A DNA stretch of 64,000 nt from the human T2T-CHM13v2.0 reference genome, Homo sapiens. Made by a program: the position numbers and the translations under genes. Numbering within the stretch: position 1 is the first letter of the stretch; the number at the start of each line of letters is the position of its first letter. The DNA lies in NCBI RefSeq assembly GCF_009914755.1, contig NC_060926.1; one strand, given 5' to 3'. This document shows positions 13,375 to 28,290 of the stretch, in pieces. Below the pieces are notes generated by a model. It made no database searches. It saw nothing but the letters and a program-made list of their open reading frames with translations, and had not been told where the DNA came from.

Positions 13375-13470
13375 CTCGGGAGACTGAGGTGGGAAGGTCG
13401 CTTGAGCCCAGGAGTTCAAGTCCTGCCTGGGCATCCCAGTGAGACCCCACCTCTTAAAAAAGGAAAGAAA
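13375..13470 (+). mobile_element. Alu/FLAM fragment
   Basis: gggagactgaggtgggaaggtcgcttgagcccaggagttcaag followed by an A-rich tail. Confidence 0.8.
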
Positions 13471-14037
13471 ATGGTTTTTTAAATCATTTCATTTCGTATA
13501 AGATTATTTTGCGAGGTTGGTGCATGACATTGGAGTTGCCCAGCAATTGGAAAAAGACATGAGCGTTTAATACTGGGCGTTCTTTCTAAGGCTCTTAAAG
13601 TGAAGGCAATCACATAAGGCTATCTTGCTTCATGGGTAATTAAGGCATTTCCTTCTGCAGTTCCCAAATCTAATGAAGAAGAAGGAATTTCTCTTTTGCT
13701 GAAATATTTCTTGTAAGGTTTTCATTTCTTCTCATTGCTCCGACTTTGGAAAAATGTTCTTTTTACCTCTGATTTTCTCTTGTAATGTCTTCTTGAATTG
13801 TGAGTCGGGGAAAAAAGTAAAAGATTCGCTACAGATTCAGACTTGCAAAAAAACGCTTAGAATCTTGCTGTCCGTAAAACTGAAACATCCAGCCTCACAA
13901 ATGTCCACATTTCTCTCTCATCTGTGAAGGCCCGTTGAGACTGCTCAGTTGGTGTCTCCTCTGTCCACAGGACATGGCCGTAGCCGTGTGTGGAGAAGGG
14001 TTGTGATGGTGGCCATCACGAGACCCAGATAACAGGA

Positions 14038-14181
14038 GTGGTTAGAAGCGCAGCGGAGGAGCCTGTCTTCCTGGGTCCGAGTTGCGTGGTTAGGAGCGCA
14101 GCGGAGGAGCCGGTCTTCCTGGGTCCATGTTGCGTGGTTAGGAGCGCAGCGGAGGAGCCGGTCTTCCTGGGTTTGAGTTGC
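14038..14181 (+). repeat. Minisatellite, 3 x 48 bp
   Basis: Unit gtggttaggagcgcagcggaggagccggtcttcctgggtc(c/t)nnngttgc starts at 14038, 14086 and 14134. Confidence 0.95.
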
Positions 14182-14335
14182 AGCTCCACCTCTTCCTGGC
14201 GGGTGGCCTGGGCGAGTGCCTCACGCTCCCGTCAGTGCTCTCAGCTGTAAAATGGGAACGATCAGGTTGTCTACCTCCAAGACTGTTGTCAGGATTCACT
14301 CAATGAACTCCTGTGCTTTGAGTGTCTGGCGTTCA
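14134..14335 (+). mobile_element. MIR whose 5' head is the minisatellite unit
   Basis: gtggttaggagc...ctgggtttgagttgcagctccacc...ctgggcgagt...ctgtaaaatggg...ctacctc...tgttgtcaggatt follows the MIR consensus. Confidence 0.75.
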
Positions 14336-14667
14336 GTGGCAGGGGACCCTCCATGTGGGGACAGAGACTGCCACCCATTCCTTTCTGAGGATTCAGTTCT
14401 TATAGACTACAGTATTACTCGTGGGAGCCAAATTATGTGCAGTGTATTTTCAGATTTTATTGACTCACCTAAGAAAGGCTCGGGGACACTGTTGTGTTCT
14501 GATGTAAGAGATCACTTGTTATATTATGCTTTTTAAATGTTGAAGGCAATACTCATCAGAGTATGCATTAAGTAGCATTGAACCACATTTTTAAGGTGAC
14601 TCTTCAACTCACCAAGAATATCGTGGCCGCTGAGGTCCTGCACACCTGGGGATGCGTCGTGGGCGCC

Positions 14668-14754
14668 GAGGAGAGCGTAGCCTCCTGTTAACGTAGCCTC
14701 CTGCTGCTCTTTGGGGTAGACCAGCCGTTTCCACGCACAGGCTGCACATTGTTT
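14668..14754 (+). repeat. Left arm of a long-range non-Alu inverted repeat
   Basis: 14694-14734 is 39/41 identical to the reverse complement of 26266-26306. Confidence 0.9.
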
Positions 14755-16694
14755 CATGGCCTTTGCAGTTGAGCTTGTGTTGGCCTCTTTCCGTCGTGAA
14801 CCATGGACGTCTCTCCTTGACCTCCTCCCTACCTGGGAGAACCTGGCTGGCCACATAGTGGAACTGGAAATGCCTCCATGCTGACGTGTCTGCCTTTCAT
14901 GAAAGATAGTAGCAAAAGTTATTGTTATACGTTACAAAAAACCAGTTTAAGACATGGACTTTTTTCATATGTACATCTGAAAATGACTTTAGCAGAGATT
15001 CTAGCTAATACATGGAGTTGTGCTTCCTAAGTATTGATAGCGGCGTATATATAGGATTCCCACAATTTGCAGTTGTACAGTTCAAACACCAAACTGTTTG
15101 TGGGGAGGAGGGTGATTTGCAGTGATCTTTTCCTCAACTCAGGCCAGTCTATACAATACTATTGATATTTACTGCCTTGGAGCAGCCTTGGCAGCCTTGT
15201 ATTCTGAGCTGCTGTCAGTGGTTTAAACATTTCACTTGGGTTAGCCTTGTCCCTTCGACTAGGCTGGAAGCCCAAGAAGGCAGGAGACTCGTCTCAGATA
15301 TTTCCTGGTGTCCCTGAAAGTCCAGCACAGTGTGTGCACGTGGTATGTCCCTGATGGAAACTGCTTCTCAAAGTGGAAGACAGGGAGCACCTCTGCAGGC
15401 CTATAGGGAGGTAGTAATTGGATTTGCGATGTATTTCTTTTCTGCAAGTATGGTTTTGTGTGATAGAAACCAATGCTTCCCAAAGTTCACATTGTGGAAA
15501 CTGAAGCCAGCAAGATACTGTGAAGGAAAATGCTTGGAGAATGTTGCAGCCTGTGTCCCTGTTGGAGTTTTTGCTGCCCAATACCAAATTAAGGGCTCTG
15601 AGGAACGCTTCCTTTGAAAATACCCTAGTTTAACTTAAACTCTTTCTTACCAAACCAGCTATGCCACGCCCTTCTGCTTTGGCTGTGTAGATGCTGTTCC
15701 AGTCCTGGGGAGCACAGGTGTGTCCTCACGTGCGCTTGGAGAAAGTGGAGTTTTAATTACTTACCCAGCAACATTCAGGACGTCCTGAGACCTCGTCACT
15801 TCTGATTTGGGAAAAGTCTGTGAGCAAATGGGATTTTACTAATATGAAAACCCAGAACATTCCAGATGTCCTAGGAACACAGGTCCTAGGTGTTTTTTTT
15901 TAGCTTGGGAAAGTTACGATGACCCATAAGCCTGCTCCACAGGATGGCTGTAGCACAGACACCTTCCCCTGGGACCCCCATTGGCTGTGTGTCCCCCAGC
16001 TTCTAATTCCTCTAGAATATCATGCCCAGGTTAGGCACTCTTTCTGTATTCCCCAAAGCTTCATAACATGGTTCCATATGTGTCCTTTTTAAGAGTCTTG
16101 TCGTTTCATACTCTCATTTTGGCAAGACACCTTCGTCTTAGAGTGCCTACATCCATTTCTGTTGAAACTGGTCATAGTTAGCATTTCTCCATGTCTGTGC
16201 TTTTATGCCCTCCTGAAAGCTGGTTCCATTTAGGGGTGTTCCCTGTCATTTTCGTGCTGTGCAATAGTTGATGAAGATAACATAGTTTATAACGCACACC
16301 TCAAAATTCATTTCTTCTCACGTAACAACTTTCTTAGTGCTTGTACTTGTGTGCCTCTTGGAGTTACTTGTTGATAGGACAGCGTTAAGGGGGTCGTTTC
16401 TTTCTGGTTTGAAAGTTGAGAAGTAGGTCATCACTGTCATCGTCATAGTGGGGACACACTGAGAGGTTACTTTCTACCAAACTGTTTCCTAATTGCACTC
16501 CCTGCATTGTCTTATTCAGTCCCGACTTTCCCAACGCCTCGCAGCCCGATGATACAGAGACGGGGCAGCAGTGGAGAGCTCGGCTCAAAGTGCGAAGTTG
16601 TTTAGATTTCCACGTTACACAAACACACAAGCTTCTCAGGGGAAGAGCATGATGAATTTCTTTCTTTTTTTTTTTTTAAACTAAAATTAGAATA

Positions 16695-17026
<332 letters not shown>

Positions 17027-17142
17027 TTATTCTGTACCACAGTAGTAAATATGTTATTTGGAATATAGCTTATAAATAAAATATTTAATTTACTTAAAGC
17101 TGTCATGCCCACCACCCTCCCATAGTGAAAAACCAAAGAAAA

Positions 17143-17450
17143 GGCTAGGCCCAGTGGCTCATGCCTGTAATCCCAACACTTTGGGGAGCCGAGGTGGGCA
17201 GATCACTTGAGATCAGGAGTTTGAGACCAGCCTGGCCAACATGGTGAAACCTGTTTCTACTAAAAATACAAAAATTAGCTAAGCTTGGTGGTGCGCACCT
17301 ATAATCCTAGCTCCTCGGGAGGCTGAAGCAGGAGGATTGCTTGAACCTGAGAGGCAGAGTTTGCAGTGAGCCGAGATAGTGCCACTGCACTTAAGCCTTG
17401 GTGACAGGGCAAGACTGTGACTCAAAAAAACAAACAAAAGAAAGAAAAAA
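17143..17450 (+). mobile_element. Alu, full length
   Basis: Dimeric Alu with A-rich tail. Confidence 0.93.
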
Positions 17451-17792
17451 TTCTACTTAAAGAAGAAAGACCCTCTGTGCATCATAGATGGCAGGCACAT
17501 TCACCGTGCACGGCAGCCCCACAACAATGTGTGGCAGACAACCTTAGCAGGGCAGCTTGACACTGCGGGTCCGATTCTGCCATCAAGAAAGCTGCACAGA
17601 CCTCATCAGAAGCCACTGATGCTTTGGTCCTATTGAGGATTCCATCTCTCTGTCTCGGAGCCATACTCTAGATGCATCACTGCAAGCTGTGGCCTGAGTG
17701 TGGTGATGGTGAGGATGACCCTGTGGTGGTATTCCTTTCTTTCTTGCCTCTGGCTCTTCTCTCCCTCACTTTCCCTCACCCATTGCCAAAAA

Positions 17793-17852
17793 TGGGTTTG
17801 GAGGTCATTGTGCAGTGGGTTTGGAGGTCACTGTGCAGTAGGTCTGGAGGTC
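17793..17852. repeat. Short tandem repeat, ~2.6 x 23 bp
   Basis: gggtttggaggtca(t/c)tgtgcagt occurs twice, followed by aggtctggaggtca. Confidence 0.85.
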
Positions 17853-19004
17853 AGCCTCAATAAAAGACCAGTTTTCAGCCCTCACAGCCTCCCTGCAGTG
17901 TTATTAGCTGTTCCTGATTTGGATGTGTAAGCCCAAGCCGCCACGTGGGCTCGGAGGGGTACAGAGATTAACTGGAGGCTTGCCAACCGTTTGTCACACA
18001 AATAGCAGTGCCAGTTAACTGAGATACGATAAATCATTTTTCTCAAGATTGAAACCTTTTATCAGTTGTGTCAGTTTCATTATTCGATAAGCAATTAGTA
18101 GCAGCCATTGTCATTTAGTTATCTGTAGTTAACAACTCAAAGCTGCTGCCAGCAGGGCACCCGCTTGACACCTGCACCCAGGTGGAAACCCGTCCACTGC
18201 CCACCTCTCCAGCAGAAATTAGGCCAAACTCGCCTCCTACTGCCCCTTGGCCGATTGGAGATTCGTATCTGACAGGTGTCTTCTAATTTTTTTAACTTAC
18301 GCTCTGACACATAGTTAAGTTGTGCTGTAGTTAAGAGAATAGTAAACAGGTGAGCATTATTCTATTACCACCTACTGATCCTTCTATGAAAATATTCTTG
18401 CCTTTTAATTTAAATGCCAACCATCTTGATTAGAGAAATAGTGTTATTCCTTCCTGCACCCAAGCCCTGACGTCAGCATGACCTGGCGGTAGAGCCAGCC
18501 CCTGCCAGCTGGCTGCCCCCGGGGACCTTCTGTTCACCATCAAGCGGCAGTTCATCTGGAGTAAGGAGAGAGGCTGGAGCACAGCTCCCAGCCTGCAGGA
18601 ACAGACCTCTGGAGATGCCAAGGGCCTGAAATCTGTGTGTAGGTTTATGTAGACAGAAGTAACCATATATTGAAATTGTGGTTAATGGAAAGCAAAGTCG
18701 TTTTAGAATGTTGCCAAATTGTGCTCATCAAAAGACGCCTGCATACTTTTTAAAAATTGGGAACCACTGAAAGAGATTAATCCTTGCCAATTTTTTCACT
18801 TTTTCACTCAAGTCTAATTTATCAGAAAAAATAATTCCACCACTAGCTAAGTGTAGGAGAAGAAAAAAATCACTGAATGTATGTATCATTGAGACCTATT
18901 TAATTATTCTACCAGTGTTCTGGCTTTACCCATAATGAAGACAGGAGTGTGTGTGCATGCATAGGTACATAGATACATGCATATTGCCTTTAATGAAGAT
19001 CTTT

Positions 19005-19296
<292 letters not shown>

Positions 19297-20339
19297 TAAT
19301 GAAGATCTTTTAAAATATAACTCATAATTTAAGACGTCATTCTAAATTGCATTTCTAATGCTTTCCAGCACCTTTCTCTACTACCTTAAGGTTAGTGTTT
19401 GGTATTTTTGTAGCGCGGCCATACATTTTTGTGAGGCCTGGAGCCCTGTCTTGTGCCTTCCACGCCCGCAGCATCTACACTGACTGTGTGGTAACTGCCC
19501 ACTGTATGTGGGGACTGCATATGTTGATCCTTGTGAAAGCTTTTGGTTTATTGTTTAAGAAGAAGCGGTTTTGAGAGCTTCTCAGCCACTCCAGCTCCCC
19601 AGCGCAGTCCGTCTCCAGAATCACCAATAAAAACTTTTTTTTTTCCTAACTAAAAAATCTGAAGACCATTCAAATGGAAGGTTCTGGTCTGCCCTCTTAA
19701 TTGTATAGTAGCTCAGTCCCTTCTGTAGGGATTGTATTTTTAAGAGGACTTCCCAGTACATTTGTTTATGGGGTATTCTTTGAAACCACGAGCCACAGTC
19801 GTCTTCCACGTAGCATTTCGGGGTCTCGGAGGCTGGTGTTACACATGAAGGGCCCACAGTTTGGATGCAGTTAGGTCACTGTTATCTGCTGTTTTACTCT
19901 GAAAGTGGACCCCAGGCATTTTTAATTTCAGTGATTAACAAAATCATGTCAGTAAACTGAGAGACTAACAAAGGATTGACCAACTTTGAGTTTTGCCAAG
20001 CAAGGATATTTAAAACAATAACCACCGTGGACTGCCACCATCATTTCATAGAAGAAGACTGCATAAGTGCCCACAGGAGAGAGCAAGCGTTAAGCTCTGG
20101 CCGAGGTACAATTAACTGACTTACCCTGATGCTGCTCAGAGCCTCTTTTTCTAATTTTATTGCAGATGGGAGAAAAACATTTTGTATTAGTGTTTAGGAA
20201 GCTCTGCTCAGTTACCACCTAGTGGAGAAATCTAGGAGAAAGGGCTAAAGATGACCTGAGACATATGTCAGGTTTCCTTGACTCCAGGAACAGGAGTGAG
20301 AAGATGGATGCCTTGGAGGTGAGCCAGCAGGCTCCAGGG

Positions 20340-20532
20340 TCCCTCTAACTGAGCCCCTATCTTACCCCTGAAAGCTGTGGGGCTTCAACCTAGTTCTTAC
20401 ACCTCTGGAATGGAGATAGATTAGTACTTCACTCATGGAAAGGCTGGGAAAATGGAATGAGATAATACTTTAAGGCCAACTTTCTAAATATAAGTCTATG
20501 GTAAGTGCTCAGCATGGTACCTGGCTCAGCAA
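20340..20532 (+). mobile_element. MIR
   Basis: ctctggaatggagata...ggaatgagataata...taagtgctcagcatggtacctggctcag. Confidence 0.6.
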
Positions 20533-20537
20533 AAGTT

Positions 20538-21520
20538 AGGGATGGTGACGGTGATGATGGTGAGAGGTGGTGGTGGTGGTGGTGGTGACGATGGTGGTGG
20601 TGGTAGCAGTGATGATGATAGTGGTGATGATGATGGTGATGGTATGATGATTAATATGGTACAGTGGTGATGATGGTGAGAGGTTATGAAGGGGGTTGTG
20701 ACAGTGGTGGTAATGATTGTGACCTTGGTGAGAGTTGGTGATGGTGGTGGTTGTGAGTGTGGTGACCATGGTGAGAGTTGGTGGTGGTGGTGGTGGTGGT
20801 GGTAGTGGTGACGGCAATGACGATGATAGTATGATGATCAATATGGTATGGTGGTGATGATGGTGAGAGGTTATAGGGCTGGTGGTGACGGGGTAGTGGT
20901 GGTGATTGTGGTGACAGTGGTGAGAGTTAATGGTGGTGGTGGTACTGGTGATGGCAAGAATGATAATGATGGTATGGTGACCAATATGGTATGGTGGTGA
21001 TGATGGTGAGAGGTGGTGGTGGTGGTGACAATGATAGTGATTGTGGTGACGATGGTGAGAGGTGGTGGTGGTGATGATGATGATAATGGTGATGGTGATG
21101 ATGGCAGTGTGATGACCAATATGGTATGGTGGTGATGATGGTGAGAGGTTATAGTGGTGGTGACAATGATAGTAGTGATTGTGGTGACGATGCTGAGAGG
21201 TGGTGGTGGTGATGGTGATGGTGGTGGTGGTGGTGGTGGTGATGATGATAGTGGTGATGGTGATGATGGTAGCATGATGACCAATATGGTATGGTGGTGA
21301 TGATGGTGAGAGGTGGTGGTGGTGGTGATGATGGTGAGAGGTGGTGGTAGTTATAGTGGTGGTGACAATGGTAGTAGTGATTGTGGTGACGATGGTGAGA
21401 GGTGGTGGTGGTGATGATGGTGGTGGTGGTGGTCGTGGTGGTGATGATAGTGGTAATGGCGACGATGGCAGTTTGATGACCAATATGGTATGGTGGTGAT
21501 GATGCTGATTATGATGTTGT
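20538..21520. repeat. ~1 kb (GGT/GAT)n compound repeat with a higher-order unit
   Basis: Triplet-periodic GGT/GAT run with the marker (c)aatatggtatggtggtgatgatg recurring six times. Confidence 0.95.
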
Positions 21521-22716
21521 TGGGAGCAGGAGATGAGGAACCTGTATCTTGATGCTTCCCTGAATGTTGGGGGTCAGGTCTGAGATGTGTCAAGCGGGGC
21601 AGTGTTCTGACTTCCATTCATTAAACTTGTAAGTCACGATTTGTGGGTGCTCCTGATGTGTGCCCATAACAAACCTGCTACACCAAGAACGTAGTTTTAT
21701 AGTCATGAGTTCCGAATAGTCTCATAGACCATTGATCCTGCTTCTAATGACTGTCAGAAAGAATACGTGAAGGCCAGCTTCTAGACCAGTGTCCTCACGT
21801 GCAGGCGTCCTCGAAGGTTTGTTTGTTAGTAGCCATAACCGTGCAGCATCCATCGGGAGGACACACACCCCTGCAGGCCAGCTTTTGTCTCAACATCACT
21901 GGAGAGCTGCATATTACGTTGTTATTTTTGTCTTTCCAATTACACTAACTCCTCACTCAATGTCATTCATCAATAGGTTCTTAAAACTTCGACTTGAAGC
22001 GAAAGGACTTATAATGAAGCCAGTTTTTTTCCTTATCAGCATCATAATGAAACAACGTGGGAGGAAACAAAGTTATTTGAGGACCTGCTGTACACAGTTT
22101 TGCTTAAAGTCACACATTTCCAAGAACCTGTCAATGGCATTGAGGACTTTCTGTACAAAAATCACTACGCGTGACAGCTCAAATAATAAACAGTTGTTCA
22201 GAGACAGTGGTACTGCGTCCCCCTCCTCCAGTCCAGTCCCCCACCCTGAGCGTTGATGGTGGGGTGTGCATCCCCCACCCCCCAAGCCTGTTCCTAGAAG
22301 GCCATGGCGCACCTGCTCTGTGCAGAGGCTGGGCGAACACCAGCCCGAGCCTGACTTAAGCAGGATGGGCATGGACATCGTTGGCACTCACTTCCCTGCA
22401 GGGAGGTGCACAGTGAAGAATAAAACACAGGTGATTTCAGATAGTGGCACATGCCTGAGGCAATCAGCCCCGATGGTGTGGCGGGGCAGGTACTAGAGAT
22501 TGTGTTTGCAGTGAGGGCCACTAAGGGGGGCGGAGAAGACCCCTGACAGCAAGAAGGAGCCCCACTTGTGCTGTTCTGTAAGGAGGGTCTTCCAGGCACA
22601 GAGAGTGGCTGATGAGAAAGGGCCTGTGTGGAAGGAACCAGGGCCAAGCGAGGGAGGCAGATGCCGCGTGGCGTGAGGAGGGTGAGAGTCCATGCCATAA
22701 AGGACTGTCATCCATC

Positions 22717-23110
22717 TGTCATTGGCTGAATTGTGACCTCCAGAAAGAGATGAGTTGTCCTAACCCCCACTACCTCAGAATGTGGCCTCATATGGAACTA
22801 GGGTCATGGCAGATGTCATTAGCTATACAGGAGGGGAGGGGATGGACCCTCAGAGGCGAGACGGACGTACAGGAAACACCACATGGAGACTCTGGCGGTG
22901 GCTGGGGCAGCGCGGCTGTGGGGCAGAGAATGCTGAGATAAACGCCACCATCAGAAACCAAGAGAAAGGAAAGGGACAGGTCCTCCGGGGAGCCTTCATG
23001 GGGAGCCCTGGCATGGCCTTCAGGCCTCCGAGGAACCCAGAGGAGGAAACGCATTTTTGTGGTTTCACGCCACCCAGCGTGCGGTGCATTGTGGCAGGTG
23101 CAGGCCGCTA
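22717..23110 (+). mobile_element. MLT1 (B/C-like) solo LTR
   Basis: Starts tgtcattggctgaattgtg...gtcctaaccccc..tacctcagaatgtg and ends tttgtggtttcacgccacccag. Confidence 0.75.
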
Positions 23111-23917
23111 GTGCCCCCCACCCAGTCTCTGTGTCCTCTGCACAGTAGGGAGCTGGGGAAGGTGTGTGGCTACTAACGTGAGCCTGTTAACGTTGAAAAT
23201 TTCCCTCTGGCGGCTGGGCAGAGTGGGCTGCAGGGGCTGAAGTAGGCAGTGGTGACAGTGGCTTCCCCAGGCATCAGCGCCACAGGAGGAGAGACACAGA
23301 CTGTGGCTTGCAAGCAGAGCTGGCAGGACTTGCTGAAAGAGTTAATATGGGAAGTGAGAGGACACAGAGGCCAGGGCCGGGAGACCAGGAGGCCGAGAGC
23401 GGTAGAACGTCACATCCTGGAGGGGCGGGGATTTCCCCTTTTGTTTTGTTTCTGTATAAGATCATACCATGTATATTCTGGAATTTTACTTTTCTAATTT
23501 AACACCCCGTGGGTCTCCAGTTCTTCCACAAGCTGTTTGAAAGGCCACAGGGCACTGCGTGGAATGCGTGGTCTCTAATAGGTTATGCCAGCCCCTCTCG
23601 TTGGGCATTGAAATTGCCTCAGCAGTTTTTTTAACAATTACCAGTAATACTTCCCTGAACATCATTGCACATACATTCTGAAGCGCTCACGCTTTGTTCC
23701 TGTGGACATCTCTGCCTGATTGGAAGCTTGCGTTGCACATTCAGCCCACGCCTCCATGGCTGGTCCTGGACTGGGTGAGGACACCATGAGAAACAGCTAG
23801 ACTTGGGATGTCTGTGTTGACAGGGCCATGGGTGAGAACAGAGAGTTTCTCAAGCGACATGCCAGGAAGAGCTGGCTTCCCCGCACAAGCAGTGCTACCA
23901 AGGGTCCATTTGTTACT

Positions 23918-24030
23918 GAGTCATTCATTCAGCAGACTCGTTGAGAACATGTGTGGTAGGCACGTGCTGGGCACTGAAAATAAACAGACAAACACAACAT
24001 GACCCACGCACCCAGCCTGAGCCCAGGAGG
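23918..24030 (-). mobile_element. L2 3' end fragment
   Basis: tcattcattcagcagactcgttgag...tgtggtaggcacgtgctgggcactg. Confidence 0.65.
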
Positions 24031-24811
24031 CTCCTGGTCCCGTCCTGGAACAGCCGGTGACTCAAAGCTCAAATATCATCCCCACCTGGACAGTCTGCAA
24101 ATGACTTTCCTTCTTCCCTCATCCCCTTTCCCATCCTCACTCTCTTCCAAGTATCTGATTGCACGCATGTGCACATGTGTGAGTAGGGGAGAGGCTGTGT
24201 GTTTTCATAAGCGAATCCTGATTTTCTGACAAAAGAGACATGAAACAAATATGTTAACAAGTAATGTTGCTCCCTCTCATGAGGGGGTCACTGGCTGCCC
24301 TTATAGAAGGCCTTGGAAAGAATTACTTCATGCATTCCTGTTCATTGGCGGTCTTTGGCCTTTGAGAGTGGAACTCTGCATCTTCTTGTCCCTCCTGGAT
24401 GAATACAGGACACTTAAACATTTAAAGGGGGGACACAGAGATGGGCAGGACTGTGAGAGTCCCCCTGAAAAGCGAGATTTCATAGAAGTATTGAATTTTA
24501 CCAAAAGTTTCAGAAGTCCAATTCATTATTAGATTTCTATAAATATAAATATTTATATGATATTTCTTGCGTTGAATTCAGTATGTGCTCAAGTTAAGTG
24601 TGATTTGAAAAATGACCAAGTCTCCTAAGGTGAAGTTTGTGTGTGAACAGGAGGGCCGGGGTCGCTGGGTTCCAGGCGCAGCCATGAGACACCTGCTCTG
24701 CACCCAGCTCTTCTTTTGTTTTGCTCACCGAGAAAAAGAAGACTCGGGAACCACAGAACTAACACAGAAGTAAGTTAGAAAATTACTCACGTATTCGCCC
24801 ACTGTGTGCCA

Positions 24812-25092
24812 ACAGAGTCTTGATCTATTGCCCAGGCTGGAGTGCAGTGGCACGGTCTCAGCTCTTACTGCAGCCTCTGCCTCCCAGGTTCAAGCAGTTC
24901 TTGTGCCTCAACCCCCCAAGTAGCTGGGACTACAGGCACATGCCGCCACGCCCAGCTAATTTTTGTATTTTTAGTAGAGACGGGGTTTTGCCATGTTGCC
25001 CAGGCTGGTCTCGAACTCCTGGCCTCAGGTGATCTGCCTGCCTCAGCCTCCCAGAGTGCCAGGATTACAAGAGTGAGCCACCACGCCCAGCC
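24812..25092 (-). mobile_element. Alu lacking a poly-A tail
   Basis: Both arms are present but there is no T-run at the left end. Confidence 0.93.
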
Positions 25093-26245
25093 CAGGATGC
25101 TTTCTTTTCATGGGTCTTTGTCCTTTGGAGGGCCTTGACCTCACGCAGCAGGGGAGGATGCTGGCCCACACCAAGGCACCAAGATTTTACCCACCTCTGT
25201 GTGTGGTCGCACGTCCTCCTCATGGCCACGCTGGGATGGAGGTGGACTCTGAGCACAGACAAGGGACCCATGGCCCAGAGCCCAGAGTCACCCGCAGCCC
25301 CCCTGCGCTGCTGCTGCCCGCATGGGGTACCCTTAAGTCCCACATCCAAGCTCCCTCCACCCCACACTCTCCCTTGGATTTGCGCCTGTTCTTTCTCTGG
25401 CTGTGCACCTGGCAGTGCTGAGAGGAGAGCCTGGTGGGCACTTCCACCCTGATCAAATTCAGTCATTAACCCCACTGAAACCTGACAAGGCCTGTGTGCA
25501 GCTCACTGTGGAGGGGTCACTGCTGTCCTACCACTTTTTTTTTTTTCTGGAAGTTTGCATGTCCTACACTATCTATAAATATGTAACTTTTTTTCCAAAG
25601 AACTTAAAATGAAAGAATATGAGAAAACCCCTAAATAATACATACATGGTATAGATTGATGCATAAAACAGTCAGCCCCTGGACTCCATGGCTCTGTGGA
25701 ATGGGCGGTTTAGTATTCCTTTTTCTGGCAACTCACTTAGGGCTTTTACAGGTGCAATGAGCTTTGGTGAAAATAGCCAATGGGCACCTCGTATCTTGTG
25801 CCCCAAATATTCCTATTTAGCACAGTGTATTCTGGATGCCTGAGTGACTGCAAACCCTCCTCCTGTGTAACTTTGTTACTGTTTTTCCTGTCTCAGGAAA
25901 GATGCTCATTTTGTCTCCTGACTGTGGCAGTTGGGGGTCTTGAGACCATTCCTGAGTTTAGACCTTCCCAGGGGAGATCAGTGACCACAGATGTGCCTCG
26001 GTGAATTTCACAAACCCAGCTTAGCGTGACCCAAGTCTCCAGCTTTACCGAACTTTGTCATTGTTATTAAAAAGATGATTTTAGTGTGCTGATTAGAAAC
26101 TGGGATCCACATTCAACATAAGCACAAACTTTTTTTCCCAGTGGGCCAAAGCTCATTTCTGATCATTAAAAGCTAATCCTGAAAATTAGCTGGAGCATGG
26201 TTCAAGCATACGTTGTAATCTGTTAAAAGCAAAAATAATAATTTC

Positions 26246-26316
26246 AAGCAGTGTTCTGCGTCTGTGTGGAAACAGCTGGTCTACCCCAAAGAGCATCAGG
26301 AGGCTATACCCTCCTC
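26246..26316 (-). repeat. Right arm of a long-range non-Alu inverted repeat
   Basis: Partner of 14668-14754. Both arms give a similar CVETAGLPQRA.GGY translation on opposite strands in the ORF track. Confidence 0.9.
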
Positions 26317-26759
26317 CCACAATTCCAAATAAAATATATGGAGACAGCACAGCATCCGGAAGAACTGGCATTGGTAAATTATTGCCTCCAAAGAATATTA
26401 GTTAGCAAACATACTTTGAAAGCCATCTTCACAATCATAAATTCAATAGTACTTCTTTCAGTCACAACTGAATGCCAGTTGGGGCAGCCTTTCGAGTTGT
26501 TAAGCAGTTTAGTAGCAAATGTGACATATAGTGTGTGTGCCACAGTAAGATTTCAAATTGTCATTAATTTGTAAAATTTAGGAGAAGAAATGATATATTG
26601 TGACGAGATAATAGTTTTCTCTGTATGTACTCCAAGCTATCAAATACTTCTAGCCTTTAACTTGGCAGTGTTACTCTTGGCATTTTATTCTATGGAAACA
26701 ACTGAAATGAATGGAAGAAAAAATAATATTCCTGTTCAAGATGCTTATTAGAGTGTATT

Positions 26760-28290
<1,531 letters not shown>

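Noticed and set aside
13950-14040. Strong-looking acceptor ctcctctgtccacag|G at 13970
   Set aside because: No convincing paired donor or AGAP-like peptide found. Such sites are common in long introns.
14038-14181. CRISPR-like or peptide-repeat gene (VVRSAAEEPVFLG x3)
   Set aside because: Head-to-tail units with no spacers in mammalian DNA. The ORF is incidental to a 48-bp unit.
20536-21483. 315-aa His/Thr/Pro-rich ORF on the - strand
   Set aside because: By-product of the CAC/CAT triplet repeat, which lacks stop codons. There is no splice or promoter context.
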